The notes under the pieces were generated by a model that was not told the DNA's origin, searched no databases, and saw only the letters and a list, made by a program, of their open reading frames with translations. Below are positions 7,644 through 21,300 of a stretch of DNA of 64,000 nucleotides, one piece after another. Positions within the stretch are counted from its first letter, which is position 1. Each line of letters begins with the position of its first letter. A program made the translations under genes and the position numbers. The stretch lies in the IMG/VR virus record IMGVR_UViG_3300045988_174509. The stretch is one strand, 5' to 3'. The stretch is from a virus.

Positions 7644-10160
7644 ATGGCTTTTAACTTCAATTCTCCGGCAGTTAATTTCGGAGGTTCCAGCATGCCCATC
7701 GGGCAGAGCTTGAACTCCGACAGACCTTTTGATCCGGACGTTCTTCTGGGGGTTCATCCGGTACTGAACTGGGCAACCCCGATTGTGCGCAATGTCATGT
7801 TCTACATTGACCGCAGGCTCAAAGGAAACCATGAGCTGGACCAGTTTCCTATTGGTTCTCCCTGCAAATTCATTACGGGAACCCTGGTAACTGATGCCAT
7901 GAAAGAGGCGGTGCTTACCCACATTGAACCCCTGCCTCAGTACGCCAAGGACAACGTGTATCGGTTTTTCTATGTCGTGCCTCCCACGCTTCAGCACCTG
8001 TACAACATCCAGGACATGAAGAAGAATACGGACGGCTACACGCTGGAAAGCACCAAGGGTACCGGGAGGATGAATGAGCCTCCCAGTCCACCCGAGGACC
8101 GATTCAAGCAGTTCTACGAGATTCAACGGGTGTTTGTGTACCTGCGGGAGCGCGGGTATGCGCCCGCGGAAATCGGAAGCTTTGACCCCAGCAACGAGGA
8201 CGTAACACCCGTGTTTGCAGAGGACCATGCTTACACTGGCTATGATGCCCAGCTTGTCAATGAGGAGGTAGTCCCCTTTGAGGAGGACTACATGAACAAG
8301 GTTTTTGTGCGGGTCATCCGGATTTACAAGACTCTCCCCGGCCCAGTAATCAAGGAGCTTCTTACCTATAATTCCTACGTCAACGGCCAGACTGTCTGGA
8401 TTCAGGGAGCCCCGGATTCCGGGATTCAGGGAATCGCTGAAGTAGGGCAACGCTGGAGCCGTGAAGTGTGGGGGTTCCCCACCCCGACTGGGACTTCTAA
8501 TACCTCGGCCGAAATTCCTACAATGCCCAAGGAGGCTCTTGAGGCTACGAGAATAAACAAAGGCTGGGACAAGGGGAGCTTTCCCTGCTTGCAGATGTAC
8601 GTCATTACATCCATGTACAAGTCCAACAGCAATATCCCTCTGGATGAAAAAACGGACAGCCTGTCCGGGAATTGCTGTAACCCGCCCCCGGCTTTTGTCC
8701 GGTGCGTCAATACCTCAACCACCAGAAGCGAGACTATTGACTGGTCTTCTTCCAGCACCCTCCCCCCGCTCAACCCCCCAGACCCCAGTGAAAACTGTAG
8801 CCAATGGCGCGTGGATGCGAGCGTCGTCGTGCGTGAAGGATACTCTCATAAGGAAACGCGCAAAACTTGCACGACTTATGACATGGTAGAACACTACTTT
8901 GAGACTGAGATTGACAGCAAGACCGGGAATGAGATTGTGGTTCAATACACCCGGATTGACAATCCTGCCCAGGACCCGGAAGGACCGGAATGGGTTGAAG
9001 TGACCGATAGCATTACCGGAGTTAAAACCTGGGTGCGGGATAATACGGCGAGTACTAAAACAGACATTATGAATTGCGAGTCCCCGGAACTTATCCCGGG
9101 ACTAGATGATAGGCGTTTTTTTGTTTTTGCCTGGGGGGACGACTCCCTTCTCACCCGGATTCAAACTACAGACCCCAAGTTCTACTCCAAAGGTTCTTGC
9201 AGGATTACTTCCGTCACACTCTACCTTGAGGACCCCAATTGGATTACAAGCTCTCCCGACAACATTGTCCGTCTATCCATGTTTATTTACAGGGCGGATG
9301 GAACCTTTCTTAGAAATTTTACTAGCAGTGAGGTAACTGTAGCCGAGAATGGTTATGTCTCTTTTAATGGGCCTGCTAGCGGCTTTGAAGTAAATCCGGG
9401 AGAGCGAGTCTGTTTCTGTCTAATAGGGAGTACCTCGCAGGGCAGTACCAAAATCAGTAAGGGGCTTTGTGGTATTAACGGGAACCCTAATTCAGGCTGG
9501 TGTGATAGTGCCAAAGGGGCTCCAGACTATCCCAATTCTACTACAGCCCCCTACATTTTTTTTAGAGTAACAAGCACCCTGTCGGAAACTCCAATTCCAA
9601 CGGGCTACTTGAAATACAGGAAGTGGATCAATCCGTGCCATGCGGTAGAGATTCTTCGCCCGGTTCCCGGGCTTGGCTGGTACAAGAAATATACTACGGT
9701 TCAAAACTATTCCTTCCCGCCCATCCTGGGTAACTTCGGCTGGCAGGGATGGGACACGCGGCCAGACATTTCCGGGCGAGTGGGTGGACGCTACTTCCCC
9801 CAGATTTTCATGAACAAGGACGGCTACTCCGGCCCGTGCCAAGCACTCGTTGAGGAAATATTCTCACCTGACGGGACACTGCCCTCGGGCTGGAATTTGG
9901 GTGTGGACGTGCAATATGTGACAGCCTCCGCCTCTATCTCTACTCCCTTGGTCTCTTTCAACCTTCCTGCCTGCCTGCATACGTCCATAAACATTGTTGT
10001 CACGATCGGCACCAATGATGGCGTATGGCAATCGGGAAGTACTTCTTACAACCTTCCGGCTACCAAGCATACCACTTGGAAGAACGTAACGATGGTGCAT
10101 GTCTTCCCATACCAGAAAGGGGCTTACATACGCAAGACAATCATCTACCCGCCCTCGTAA
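7644..10160 (+). CDS. large virion structural protein (tail/adsorption apparatus candidate)
   Basis: 838-aa ORF in the late + operon with Ser/Thr/Gly/Asn-rich beta-like composition. The 328-aa ORF on the opposite strand here is an antisense artefact. Confidence 0.5.
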   Translation: MAFNFNSPAVNFGGSSMPIGQSLNSDRPFDPDVLLGVHPVLNWATPIVRNVMFYIDRRLKGNHELDQFPIGSPCKFITGTLVTDAMKEAVLTHIEPLPQYAKDNVYRFFYVVPPTLQHLYNIQDMKKNTDGYTLESTKGTGRMNEPPSPPEDRFKQFYEIQRVFVYLRERGYAPAEIGSFDPSNEDVTPVFAEDHAYTGYDAQLVNEEVVPFEEDYMNKVFVRVIRIYKTLPGPVIKELLTYNSYVNGQTVWIQGAPDSGIQGIAEVGQRWSREVWGFPTPTGTSNTSAEIPTMPKEALEATRINKGWDKGSFPCLQMYVITSMYKSNSNIPLDEKTDSLSGNCCNPPPAFVRCVNTSTTRSETIDWSSSSTLPPLNPPDPSENCSQWRVDASVVVREGYSHKETRKTCTTYDMVEHYFETEIDSKTGNEIVVQYTRIDNPAQDPEGPEWVEVTDSITGVKTWVRDNTASTKTDIMNCESPELIPGLDDRRFFVFAWGDDSLLTRIQTTDPKFYSKGSCRITSVTLYLEDPNWITSSPDNIVRLSMFIYRADGTFLRNFTSSEVTVAENGYVSFNGPASGFEVNPGERVCFCLIGSTSQGSTKISKGLCGINGNPNSGWCDSAKGAPDYPNSTTAPYIFFRVTSTLSETPIPTGYLKYRKWINPCHAVEILRPVPGLGWYKKYTTVQNYSFPPILGNFGWQGWDTRPDISGRVGGRYFPQIFMNKDGYSGPCQALVEEIFSPDGTLPSGWNLGVDVQYVTASASISTPLVSFNLPACLHTSINIVVTIGTNDGVWQSGSTSYNLPATKHTTWKNVTMVHVFPYQKGAYIRKTIIYPPS

Positions 10161-10208
10161 TTTCCAAGATTTATTTCCATATAATAATTTACTAATACTA
10201 AAGCTTTT

Positions 10209-10958
10209 ATGACTTTTACCACAACACCTTACCTGATCTACGGAAATCTCCGTGACGAGCTCTCCATGCTCATCATGGGCAGGCCGCCCAAGGACAACGA
10301 GCCGGAGTTCCGACGTATCCTGAAAGAGGCCATATCCCAGCTGTTGAATGAAGCCGCCGCGTCCCCTGATTCTTTGACCGCATTGCAGTACAATGACCTG
10401 GACATTGGTGCCGTCATTTCCCTGCCGCCCCAGTATGGAAGCATCATTGACGCGTGGGCCGGAAACACCAGCAGGAAATACACCATCATTGACGCCCGGA
10501 CTTTTGAAACCCTGTACCCCCGATCCCTGGATGCCACGACATACCAATTCCAGGCCCAGCCCCTTATGATTGATCTTGGCCTGAACCAGGAATCCGGGAG
10601 CCGGGAATACAAGGTAATCAGCGGGAATGGAAACCTTCCGCCCCAGGGCTCTCTTTCTCCCAAGATCACTGTGCAATGCCGGGTCAACCTTCGTCCGATC
10701 TATCAGAATATTTACGACGATGCGTCATGGCCGGACACGCTCCGCATTTATCCGGATTGCCAGCCCGCTATCAAGGAGATGATGCTCTCCATTGTCTATG
10801 GGGAGACCGGGAATACGAACGCCCAGATTGACAAGTACACGCTGGCCGTCAAATATCTCAATGACTACCTGCGCCGCTACAGGCAGGGCACCTTTACGGC
10901 TCCTAACTTCATTCATCAGGGCGGACTGAACATTGCCCCCAATCCGAACATTCTTTAA
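10209..10958 (+). CDS. hypothetical virion protein
   Basis: 249-aa ORF, ATG start, in the late operon. Confidence 0.45.
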   Translation: MTFTTTPYLIYGNLRDELSMLIMGRPPKDNEPEFRRILKEAISQLLNEAAASPDSLTALQYNDLDIGAVISLPPQYGSIIDAWAGNTSRKYTIIDARTFETLYPRSLDATTYQFQAQPLMIDLGLNQESGSREYKVISGNGNLPPQGSLSPKITVQCRVNLRPIYQNIYDDASWPDTLRIYPDCQPAIKEMMLSIVYGETGNTNAQIDKYTLAVKYLNDYLRRYRQGTFTAPNFIHQGGLNIAPNPNIL

Positions 10959-10961
10959 TAC

Positions 10962-12224
10962 ATGGCACAAAAACCTATTGACAAAGCAAGGAACCAGGGA
11001 ACCGAGCGGGGGACAGCCCAGCAGAAAGTCCTGGATGAATTGAACACGGGGACCCCGGCGGGGATTCCCCAGCGCGTGGCCACCAATACTGACCCGACCA
11101 AGCCCGTTACCCCCCAGCAACTGGAACCGATTGCGGCGGCCAACAGCAATGAAGCCGTGAAGCCCCTGAACCAGGGAGCCCCAGCTACCCCCGCCAGCCA
11201 GCCCCAGGGCCTGCCCAACATTGCCGCAGGGAGGGTTGCTGATGGAGTAGTAGCCGCAACCTTCGATACGGCTGTAGCTCCTAATCCGGCAGAGATGACG
11301 AGAAGCGAGCTTGACGCCTACCGCCAGCAAAGAGGATTGACTCCCGAGCAGAAGAAGGAAGCGGATGCCATCGCCTTTAAATGGATGGAAGGAAGCATGC
11401 CCCAGCAGAAGGGGCAGTTCCCCGGAGCCGTGGACCCGAACAGCGCGCAGTACGCCCAGAACCAGCAGAGCACCTATCAAGCTCTTACCCAGCGGGCCGC
11501 AACCCAGGGGCTGACCACCTCGGAAAAAGCCAGCATGCTTGGGGGAGACTTTGCCTACAGGATCAGCCAGGGTACCCCCGGAATGCCTGGAGCAGTAGCT
11601 CCTGGGGCGTCTATCGCCTCCCGGCTGGCGGCCAGCTCTGCGGGTGCGGGGACCAAGGCGGCCACGGCCCTGGATACTCAGTTTCAAGAATACCTGGGGA
11701 ACAACCTGGAAAAATTCAACCAGCTACCAGCGGAGAAACAGCAGGCTCTCAAATCCGCCTGGATGAAATCCGCAACCCAAGCCGGACTCCTGAATCAGGG
11801 AGCCCCGGATTCGGCTCCAGCCGTCGGTGGTTCCGGGCTTCAGGGACTCCCGGGATCAGGGGCTCCTGCTCCGGCCAAAACCGTAAGTGGCGCGGCGGCG
11901 CGAGATGAGCAAATGCTGAAGCTTGCCCAGGATACCACAGCCTCCCCTCAAGCCAGGGAGCAGGCGGCGGCCTACGTCAATGTGAAGAGAATGTACGCCA
12001 ATCCCAAATTCGCTGACGAAAGGAAAGCCTTCCAGCAAGCTGAACGGAACTGGGTTAAATCGGAAGCCAACTTCTTTAAAAATCATTTGAACAGGAAAGA
12101 CCCCCGCTACAAGGATCGCTACCGGGACTACAAGAACTTCCAGAAGGGAGATGCCCGCACCAAGCTGATGGTCTATACCGAACTGCTGAAGCATCCGCGC
12201 TTCGCTTCTCTCGGGTACAAATAA
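10962..12224 (+). CDS. low-complexity Ala/Gln/Pro-rich protein (internal virion/ejection protein candidate)
   Basis: 420 aa, extremely A/Q/P/G-rich, with a C-terminal basic region. It lies immediately upstream of the giant gene. Confidence 0.45.
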   Translation: MAQKPIDKARNQGTERGTAQQKVLDELNTGTPAGIPQRVATNTDPTKPVTPQQLEPIAAANSNEAVKPLNQGAPATPASQPQGLPNIAAGRVADGVVAATFDTAVAPNPAEMTRSELDAYRQQRGLTPEQKKEADAIAFKWMEGSMPQQKGQFPGAVDPNSAQYAQNQQSTYQALTQRAATQGLTTSEKASMLGGDFAYRISQGTPGMPGAVAPGASIASRLAASSAGAGTKAATALDTQFQEYLGNNLEKFNQLPAEKQQALKSAWMKSATQAGLLNQGAPDSAPAVGGSGLQGLPGSGAPAPAKTVSGAAARDEQMLKLAQDTTASPQAREQAAAYVNVKRMYANPKFADERKAFQQAERNWVKSEANFFKNHLNRKDPRYKDRYRDYKNFQKGDARTKLMVYTELLKHPRFASLGYK

Positions 12225-12246
12225 AAAAGCTTGAGAATTTACTCTT

Positions 12247-12283
12247 GCCTACCATGCCTCGGTGTGGTAGGCTTTCTTGTATT
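12247..12283 (+). terminator. hairpin (GCCTACCA/TGGTAGGC) followed by TTTCTTGTATT
   Basis: 8-bp stem with a 10-nt loop and a U-rich tail, between 10962..12224 and the giant gene. Confidence 0.4.
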
Positions 12284-12330
12284 CGGAGCGCAACACAGCT
12301 CCAACCTGTTTACATACCTCATATTACATT

Positions 12331-15300
12331 ATGGCTATTGATTTTTCAACCTTGGGACCCATCCAGCCTGGGCTGGATGCGCGGCAGGAAAGCCAAGCAC
12401 GAGCCCGTACCAATTTCGCCCAGCGTCAGGAAGACCGCGGCAGGACAAAAGCTGTAGAGCCTTTGAAAGCGATGGCGGATTTTGATTCCCTTCTTGCCAA
12501 GGAGCTTGGCTCTCTGGAAAAAACCCAGAAGACTGAAGCCCGGCAGGAGAAAACCGAAGCCCGGGCTGAGCGAAGCGAGGCTCGTGCCGAGCGGAGTGCC
12601 GAACGTGCGGAAACCTCCTTTGAGCAGGGACAGAAGAAATGGGACTGGGCACTGAATGACCGTGCCCGGGAAGAAGCCAACCGCGATCTTGCCAAGATTA
12701 CCAAGAGTTCTACCTCAGGCATTAACGCTCAAAGCATTGAGGAGCTGGAGGATTGGGTGAAAACCCCGGAGACCGAGCTCTATGATCTGAAGACGGCAAG
12801 CTCCGATGAGAATGCACTGGGGATTATTGCCAGCCGCCTGGGGGTTGAAAAAATTGAAGGAGCTCTCCCGACCCCGACCACCAGTGAGGATGTTGAAACT
12901 CCTCCCTACTTCCTTTCCCGGCAGGGTCTGGCCCTGCGGCCCGATGGTTCCTACATTGTCACCAACAAATTCATTGATTCGGTAGCCCGGAGCAAAGCCG
13001 ATTCTTCCAAGCTTGCCTCTGCCGTTTCCAAGCAGTTGAATGCTGGCGTCAAAGCCTCCAACCGTGATGGCCTGTCCTCTACTCCCATTACCGCCACGGC
13101 TACAGAAGAAGAAATTAAGGAGATGATCGACACTATTCGTAGTGGTGACAAGAAGGTCCATGCGGCAGTAAAAGCTATCTATGATAAGCACATACCAGAA
13201 GACAAGAAGACTCAAGCGTCTGAAGCTCAAACAGAGACTGAAACCCCTGAAGCCCAGGAAGGAAAGACCCCGGTGGGGGAGCCTGGAAGTGGCGGTTCCT
13301 CAGCCGATGAAACCCCTGGTAATTTTACCTCTACGGTTTTAGATGAAGCTGAGTGGCTTGCCACGAACCCGGCCAAGTTTACCGAGCTGACCCAGCAATA
13401 TCTGAACTCCCTGGTAGAGCAGGGCATGAACGCCCCGGAAGTCCAGCGGGCCGAGCTTGCAGGCCAGCGGGCGGTAGCCAGGGAGAACTATATCCGTGGC
13501 GTTGAGACTCTGCTGGAGCGCACCTTCCAGGATGTGGACCCAAAGGAAGCAGGGGAAGCTCTCCGAAATGAGGCCCGCGTGGCTGAGAAAGTGCTTGACA
13601 TGTACGGCGGCGCACCCGCAGAGGCTCTGGCCCAGATTGAACGCAGGACCGAGGAGCTGGCCAAGGCACACCCCGGCAATGAAAGCCTAAGAAATCAGGA
13701 CAAGGCCAAGGCTATTTACGAATACCTTGACTCCGTGATTCCCGGATTCAATGCTTCAGGGGCAGAGGCCGACGCGCTTCAGCAAATCGTGGAGGAGAAT
13801 ATCGTCGGGGCTACGAAAACCCCCAGCCTTAACGATGCCGCGACGGCGGCCATGCGCCACTACCGCAGTAGCCTGGGGCAGGTATCCGACATGACGGGCA
13901 CCGTGATGGAAGGAGCCACGCGCTTCAACATCCCCGGGCTCCGCTATGAAAACAAATCCGATGACGAAGCTACCCGGAATCCCCTGGAAAAAATGACCTG
14001 GGAACCCGGGAAGGGGGGCTGGAAGTTTGGCTTCAAGCGCAGTAACGGGAGCATGGAGGATTCTTTTTCCATCAGCTATGAAGGCCTGCGCTCCTACATG
14101 GCCGAGCACAAGCTCAACCAGCAGGACGCACTGAACTCCATTGCCTTCCCCACTACCCTGGGGGATGTGGCCTACGCCAAGGACGGGCTCCTCTTTGCCA
14201 GGAACCCCTACACCGGGGAGGTGGAAGAGAATGCCACGCTGGCGATGAACCCGACGGCTCTGTATGATAACTCCCTGTACCAGAAAAGCCTGGAGGGCCT
14301 GCGCTCTTCGGGAATGAGCGATGAAGAGATCGCGGCTGTTGACAAGAAGTATCAGGATGCCAAGGCGCGATCCGCCGCTGAGACCGTACAGGGCCTGCTC
14401 CAGACCTATTCTGAAATGCAGAGCATGGCGGAACTGACTGGCAGTGAAACGCTTGGAAAGATTCTGGAACCTGATTCCAGCGTGGACTTCCGCATTTTCC
14501 ATGCCCGCATGAAGCGGGACAGGATGAGCGACACTTTTATCCTGGAGCAATGGAACGACAAGGAAGAGCAATGGGACAGACAGGTCCAGCGTGTCATCCA
14601 GGGAACCCAGCGCAAGGCCGTTGACATGGGGGTCACTGCCGGGCTGGCGATTGCCCAGCAACTCAATGGGGTTCTGGGCCCCAGGGATTCCGCCGCGACT
14701 CTGAGCAACCAATGGAAGATTGTAAATGAATCGCGCGAAGCCGCAACCCGGGTAACGCAAAGCAACCTGTTTACCGAATGGGGTACCGAGCTGGCATTCC
14801 TGGCTGTCCAAATGGCGGGCACCGGAGCGGCGGGTATTGCTGGCCGCACCGCAGGGGAGGCTCTTGCTACCCAGGGAATCCGCCGGGTAGCCGCGGGGAT
14901 GGCCCTGCGCTCCCAGGCCGCCGCTACAGTAGCCCGCCCCGGCATTGCGCAAAGTGCGGAAGTTGCTTTCTCCCGCACGATGGAGGGGATTGTCCATGGG
15001 GCCACGCGCTCCTGGGGTGCCACTGCCGGGACCCAGGCGGCTATCTTTTCCCAGGTAGCCCCCTATGCCTATGGTGATATTTTCTCCACCCAGCTGGACC
15101 GGGCTATCAAGCACGCGGAAACCCTGCCACAAGATCAACGCGGCGCATACCTCAGTGATGCCCAGAACCTTGCCAACCTTCGCGCCACGGCGGGTGCCGT
15201 CATCGTAGGGATGGCCTCTATGGCAATCAACTCCCGCGCTGGTATGAACACATTCATTACCAAGAGCGTAGGAGGTAAGACCTGGGTGCCTGAAAGCATT

Positions 15301-18300
15301 AAGAAATTCCGGCAGGGGAGCTCCACGATTGCCAGCAAGGTGACGGGGAACACCACGCGGGAAAGGCTTTCCAGTTTTGGCGCGCTCTCTACCAAGGAGA
15401 AAGTGCTCTACATGGGCAACAAGCTCTACCAGGGCGGGAAGCTGGCCGTGGAAGGCGCGGCTGAAGAACTGACGGATGAATTTTCCGAATGGCTCTGGAC
15501 CTCGCTGGTGAAGGATGGCTACATTGCCGAGGACCAGATCGGGACTACTGCCGAGATTGCCGCCGCCGCCGTCAAGATTGCCGTGCTTGGTGCCATCGGT
15601 GAAGTCACGGCATCCCGGCTTCCGGGAGCCAGGGAATCCGTGCCTCCGGAAATCCTGGCACAGGCACAGCGGGCGGATGTAGGCATCAAGCCCGAAGAAA
15701 CCCTGCATGCGCTCAATGCAATCTCCATAGACATGCGGACGGAACTGGAAACCAAGCAGGGTACGCTGGCCCAGACCATCGCCACTGCGGGGGACAGCGC
15801 AGTAGAAGTGCTCAATACCAACCTCTCCGAGCCAGTGAAAGCTGAATACGTGGAGGGCAACAAAGCCGTAGCCGCCAAGGCCGGGGAGATCGTGGACAAC
15901 ATCAGCAATGCTCCGGTTTATGTCAACGAGCTGGCCGCTGAGGTGGGAGGGGAAGCCCTGACTCCCGGAGTCCTGGAAGCATGGACTCAAAACAGCATCG
16001 TCCTCGGAGCCCAGAACGTAACCCTGCTGAGAAGCTTTGCCCAGAATCTCAAGGAAGAGATAGCCACGGCGAGCCCGGAAGGGAGGGCCCGGCTGGTAGA
16101 GAACGCCCTCTCCAACATCACGGAGCGGATGATCAACCCCACCCCGGAGAAGAAGGAAATCATGCGAAGCATGGTGGACCAGATTGCGGAGATTTACAAC
16201 GAGGCTCCGGTAGAGCTTACGCAAGTGGATGACTCTCTTAACTTTATGCCCACTGGCAATGAGACGGTGGACGTAATTGGGGAAGTAGCCAGCATGGCTG
16301 GACCTGCCGCGGTGACTACTGGAGTAGCTACCGAAGCTCCGGCTCCTCCCATTCAGATTCCCCAGCTTCCCGGAGCTTCTGCCCTGGATACAAATGCCGA
16401 GGTAGAAGTATTGGGAACCCGGATGCCTGTGCGAGACATCGCCCCCGTCAAGCCGGAGCCCCTGGAATCTCCTACGGCTCCGCCTCTTGCCGAGCTGACT
16501 GATGCCTCCCTTTCCGGTCCCCTTGATTCCGCCAGCCCGGAAGCCAGGGAGTGGGCAACCCAGGTAATCACTGGCCTGGAATCCTTCGACCCGGAAACCG
16601 CGCAATGGATTACCAAGGGGCGGGAAGCCACGACCTTGACGGATGCCGAGGTTGCCCGCATGGTGACGCTGAACCAGCTTACCGGGCCTGCGGCCCCCCT
16701 TACTGTAGATGATACAGGAAGAACGCTTGTCACAGAACCTAATGCTATCCGGTATAACAATCGCGCGCCTGCCGAAATCGCAGGTGAGCTGAACGATTAC
16801 CAAAGTCAAGTTCTTTCTTTCATGCCGGAGAAATCCGGAGACGGTCTTGCCCTGGTGGATCGGTTCCTCAGCACCCAGGAAATCACGCCCCAGGAGCGCA
16901 GAGTCCTTGAGTCCGTGAGGGAGTATCTGAGAAAAAACAATCTGGGATTCGGGGTTTCACGGATTCATACCGACATGATTGAAAGCTGGAATGCTCCGGC
17001 CCTGGTTGACTTTGCCGACCCGGACTCTCCGCTCATGGTTGTCAACACTTTATTTGCCCCGGTTGCCGGGGACTTCAAAAACACCTTCATCCATGAGGCC
17101 GTGCATTTGGTGGACCAGCACCAGCGGATGACCAACCCTGACTACGGGAACCAGCTTCGCAGTATGAAGCTGGCTCTCCGGGAAAACTGGAACGAGCTGG
17201 TGGGCATCCTGGAAAAGGAAAGCCAACAGGCCCCGGATAATGAGAGCAGGCTGGCGATAGAAACAGCGATCGAAGACATGGCCTATGGCCTTGACATCAG
17301 TGAGGCCCAGGCCGTGGCGAACAACGACAATGAATTCGCCTCCGTGCTTCTGAGCAACCCGGTGTTCCGCCATCTTGCAAGTCAGATGAAAGAAGGAGGA
17401 GAATCAATTACATTTGAAGACCTTTCCTCCCCGGCTACCCTGGCGGCCCTGGCGGAGTCAGTAACCCCTCCGTCTTCTTTCCTTGGCCGGGTATTTGAAA
17501 GCCTGAAGAATGTCTTCAATAAAATCCTTGGCCGCTACAAGAACCTGGAAAAGGATAACTTCTCCCTGCTGAAAGACATGGGCGAAGAGTGGACGGCATG
17601 GAAGGAGCGGCATTCCGAGGCCGCGCGCAAGCTGGATGAGGCGGCACCCTTGGATGGGAGCCGCTGGCTGATACCGGATGATCCCACAGCCATGAAGAAC
17701 ACCGGGTATCAAGATGCCGGATTGATCCTTCGCACGCAGGGCCAGCAAATCCCCACTCCTACCGCAGACACAGGAACCGCCTTCTCCCCTACCCGCTACG
17801 GATTCATGGGGGAAGTGGGAGGCAACCTGGGTGAGAACTGGTTTAACCTCACCATGGCTGGGGCGCGGCAAGCCGCTACATGGTTCAACATGGGCGCGGC
17901 CAAGTTCGGCTATCAGAAAGCGATCAACAAGCTGGACTCCCAGCAGGTGCCTGTCTTTACTGAGCAGGATTCCCTGCGGGTGCGGGAGCAGATGACGGCC
18001 CAGGACATGGGCCAGCGTTATGTCATCCAGCAGGTGCACCAGATTGCCAACTGGGTCAATGCCATGAAGCTCAAGCCTGAAGAGCAGAAGTCCCTGGCTA
18101 TTGCTATCCGGGACTACGTGGGCAACACGGACAACCTTGCTCGGCCCAAGGAAATCCAGCGCATTTATGCGGACACCCAGACCCAGCTTCAGCAGGCCGC
18201 CGTGGACCGGGACCGGGCCGTGGCCGCCGCCAAGGAGGGGGTTGTCAGGACCAAGGCCGCCTATGAGAAAGAGCTTGCCGCCATTGTGGGGCGCATCCGT

Positions 18301-21300
18301 GAGAGCACCAGCGAAGGAGTGATCCTTGGCCTGCGCTCTGGGCTGGACACTGCGCGGAGATTCATCCGCGACAAGTCCATGCCGCCCAAGAACGATGCGC
18401 TGGCCCAGATGCAGGCTCTGATGATAGCACGCCAGCAGGAAGTGAACCAGATCAACGAGCAGGTCAAGGCATTCAAGGCCGCTTCACCCGAGTTTGCCGA
18501 TGGAGTGGACTTGCTCCGCCGCGAAGTAATTGCGAACCTTAACGAGGCTCTGGCCGGGGAGCTTGACCTTGCCGCTCGCCAGATTTCCCGTGACCTTGCC
18601 GAGGGGGAAACCTCTCCGGTAGAACTCCTGAAGGAAATCCGCAACAGCCTCGGGCTCAAGGATATAGGGAAGCTCGGAGACATGGGTTCCGCCATAGAAA
18701 AGGCCGTGAAGAATTACCGCAAGCTGGCCCTGGCCTCCGCTCCTGAAGCGGCGAATGCTTTGCACAATATAGCACTGGCCCAGGAACGCGCAGGCCGGGA
18801 GATCGCCCAGGCGAACGCCGTCTATGAGGGACGCACCCGCCGTGCTGGCTATGACAGCAAGGGGATTTACCATCCTGCCGGGACCATCTACCAGAACCGG
18901 GACTTCCGCATTGAGCAGGAACAGCGGCACATGCAGGCCGAGTACCTCAAGAGGAGGGAGCGCGCCAGCGAATTGCTGAACCAGTATCCGGCCATCAAGC
19001 AGAGGCTCACCCGCGCCCGCAAGCAGATTGCCCAGAACCAGTATGACATCTACAGCTTCCTGGGGAGCGAAGCCGGAAGGCTGAGCGCGGCGGACATGAA
19101 CTGGCTCCATCGCACCTACCTTGCCGTAGGCGCGGGGAATGCTGACGCTTACCGAAAGGCCATGATGGAAGCCCTGGAAAATCCTCAAGGCAAGAAGGTT
19201 TCCGAGTACCAGCTTGCCCGGATTTACAGTGCCACCCGTGCCTACATTGAAGAAAATAATTCCAAGGTGAACGGGTATATCAGCACCGTGGTGGACCGGA
19301 TGAAGAACTATGCCGCCCTGTATGACCGACTCACTGATTCCGGGATTCAGGTTGACGGGAAGCCCTCCACCTACTCCGACCTGTTTAAGGGAATCCCCGG
19401 CGTGGAATCCTTACAGCAGGGAATCCTGAAATTCCTGAATGAGAATTACAGTGAAATGCAAATCTTGTCGGACCTGAAGCACGGGGACAACATGGTGGAA
19501 ATCGTGGACAAAGCCCTGGCGGTATCCCGGTATCTGGGAGACCAGCATCCCGGGGAAAGAAAGAAGCTGAGGGACCAGCTCAACCAGATCAAAAGGCATC
19601 AGGCCGACTACGCCAGGGACGCCTTCCTGCTGGAGAGCATGGGGGTAGAAGAGCATGACCTCCGGGGGTTTATCACCAGTGCCGAAGACACAGCGGAGCT
19701 TGCCGCCCGGCTGGAACAAACCGGATGGGTGGATTCCCGGACGGTCAAGACAATCATGGATGCTCCCGAGGCTACCATGAGCCAGCGGGTGACAGCGTTG
19801 ATAGACTACCTTCGCGCCAAGGCGGACCTTCAGATGCAACGCCTGGGTCTTGGCTATACCATTGACCCTGAAAAGCTTACGTCGATGAACCGGACAAGCC
19901 TCCGAAAAGGGATGGTAGAACTGGCAAACCAAGCCTTCGCCTCCACCCTCAGCAAGAAGAGGAGCACGGAGAACCCGCTGGCCCTTCGGAAAAACCTGCC
20001 GCTCTCCGAGCGCATCATCCTGGGTGAGCTGGGTGATGCCAGCGTGTCGGAAGCTACCGGATTGATTGAAGCATCCCTGTCCTACCAGAAGGATACGCTG
20101 GTCAACACCGTCATGAGCGATGAAGCGGCCAACACCTTCCTGAAGCTGGGACTGGTGACGGCCCGGCCCAAAGGTGATGAGGATGTCCTTCTCTCCTTCA
20201 AGAATTCCCACAGCAAGCTCAATGGGACGTATGCCAGCCATGAACTGGCGGACTCCCTTTACCGAATCTTCAGGCCTACAGATGACGTGATGGCAAACGA
20301 AAGCACATGGCCCGGCATCAAGAAATACTGGAGCACCAACTCGGTGGGCACGATCCAGAAGCTGGGAGGCATGGCGAACATCGCCGTGCTGATCAAGTCC
20401 CCGGCTTCCACGCTTCGCAACCTCTATGGTACAGCGATGCAGGGGATCAACTCCGGCATTTGGTTCCCGGCTTATGGGCTCAAAGAGGTAAGCGGGATGG
20501 CCGTTGATCTGGTCCGCATGTGGAAACTGGAAAGGGCGGCCAAGGATAATACGCTGGCCGGAAGGGAAGCCCAGGAAAAACTCCTGGAAGCTGAAGAACG
20601 GTGGTCAAAAAAAATCAAGCACTACTATGACCTTGGCTTGCTGGACAATGATACCATGCAGGTGTTCCGCAATCTCTGGAAGAGTGAAGAATTCCAAAAG
20701 GCCATAGAAGGAAAGATTGATCTGACCCTGGATGAATCCGATGGGCTTACAGACATTGTGGTAGGGGACCGGAAAGAAAGGACGCTGGCAAACCGGACGT
20801 TCCGGTTCCTCACTACAGGGATCATGAAGGGGGCGACCGTGGCCTACAGCATCCCGGATGCCATGGCAAAGATTGCCAACTACACCCATGAGGTACGCAA
20901 CAGCAGGAACCTGATGGCCGTGCAACTTGAGCGCGCCAAGCTGACGGAAGAAAGCAAGCGCACCCCATGGCAGAAGGAGCTGGTAGAAGCCAGCGCGGAC
21001 GAGAATAAATGGAACGCACTGGTGGAACACACCGCGGCGGACCGGACGAAGAACCTGTTCCCTACGGGGACGCGCACTCCGAAATGGGTGAAGACCGTGG
21101 GGCTTGTCGCCCTTCCCTTCTTCATGTTCCAGTATCACACCGCCAACTCGGTGGCCTACAACCTGGGCTACATGGTGCAGGAATTGCAGGAAGGAACCTG
21201 GGCTCTCCGAAATGGGATGACCAAGGAGGGGAGCAAGCTGATGGCCAAGGCTTTGAGCCGGGCGGCGGGGACTGCCGCCGCCGTGGTAGCCCAGGAAGAA

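Noticed and set aside
13756-16809. 1,017-aa ORF on the - strand inside the giant + strand gene. The same applies to other long reverse-strand ORFs: 7464..8450, 9864..10676, 10725..11687, 36303..37334, 37350..38081, 40474..41871, 42567..43535, 51850..54663, 54733..55908, 56005..57279.
   Set aside because: All lie wholly within longer same-locus ORFs on the opposite strand that carry recognisable catalytic motifs (polymerase, helicase, primase, terminase) or belong to a continuous co-directional operon. Their Arg/Gly/Pro/His-rich, low-complexity translations are typical antisense artefacts of ~55-60% GC coding DNA.
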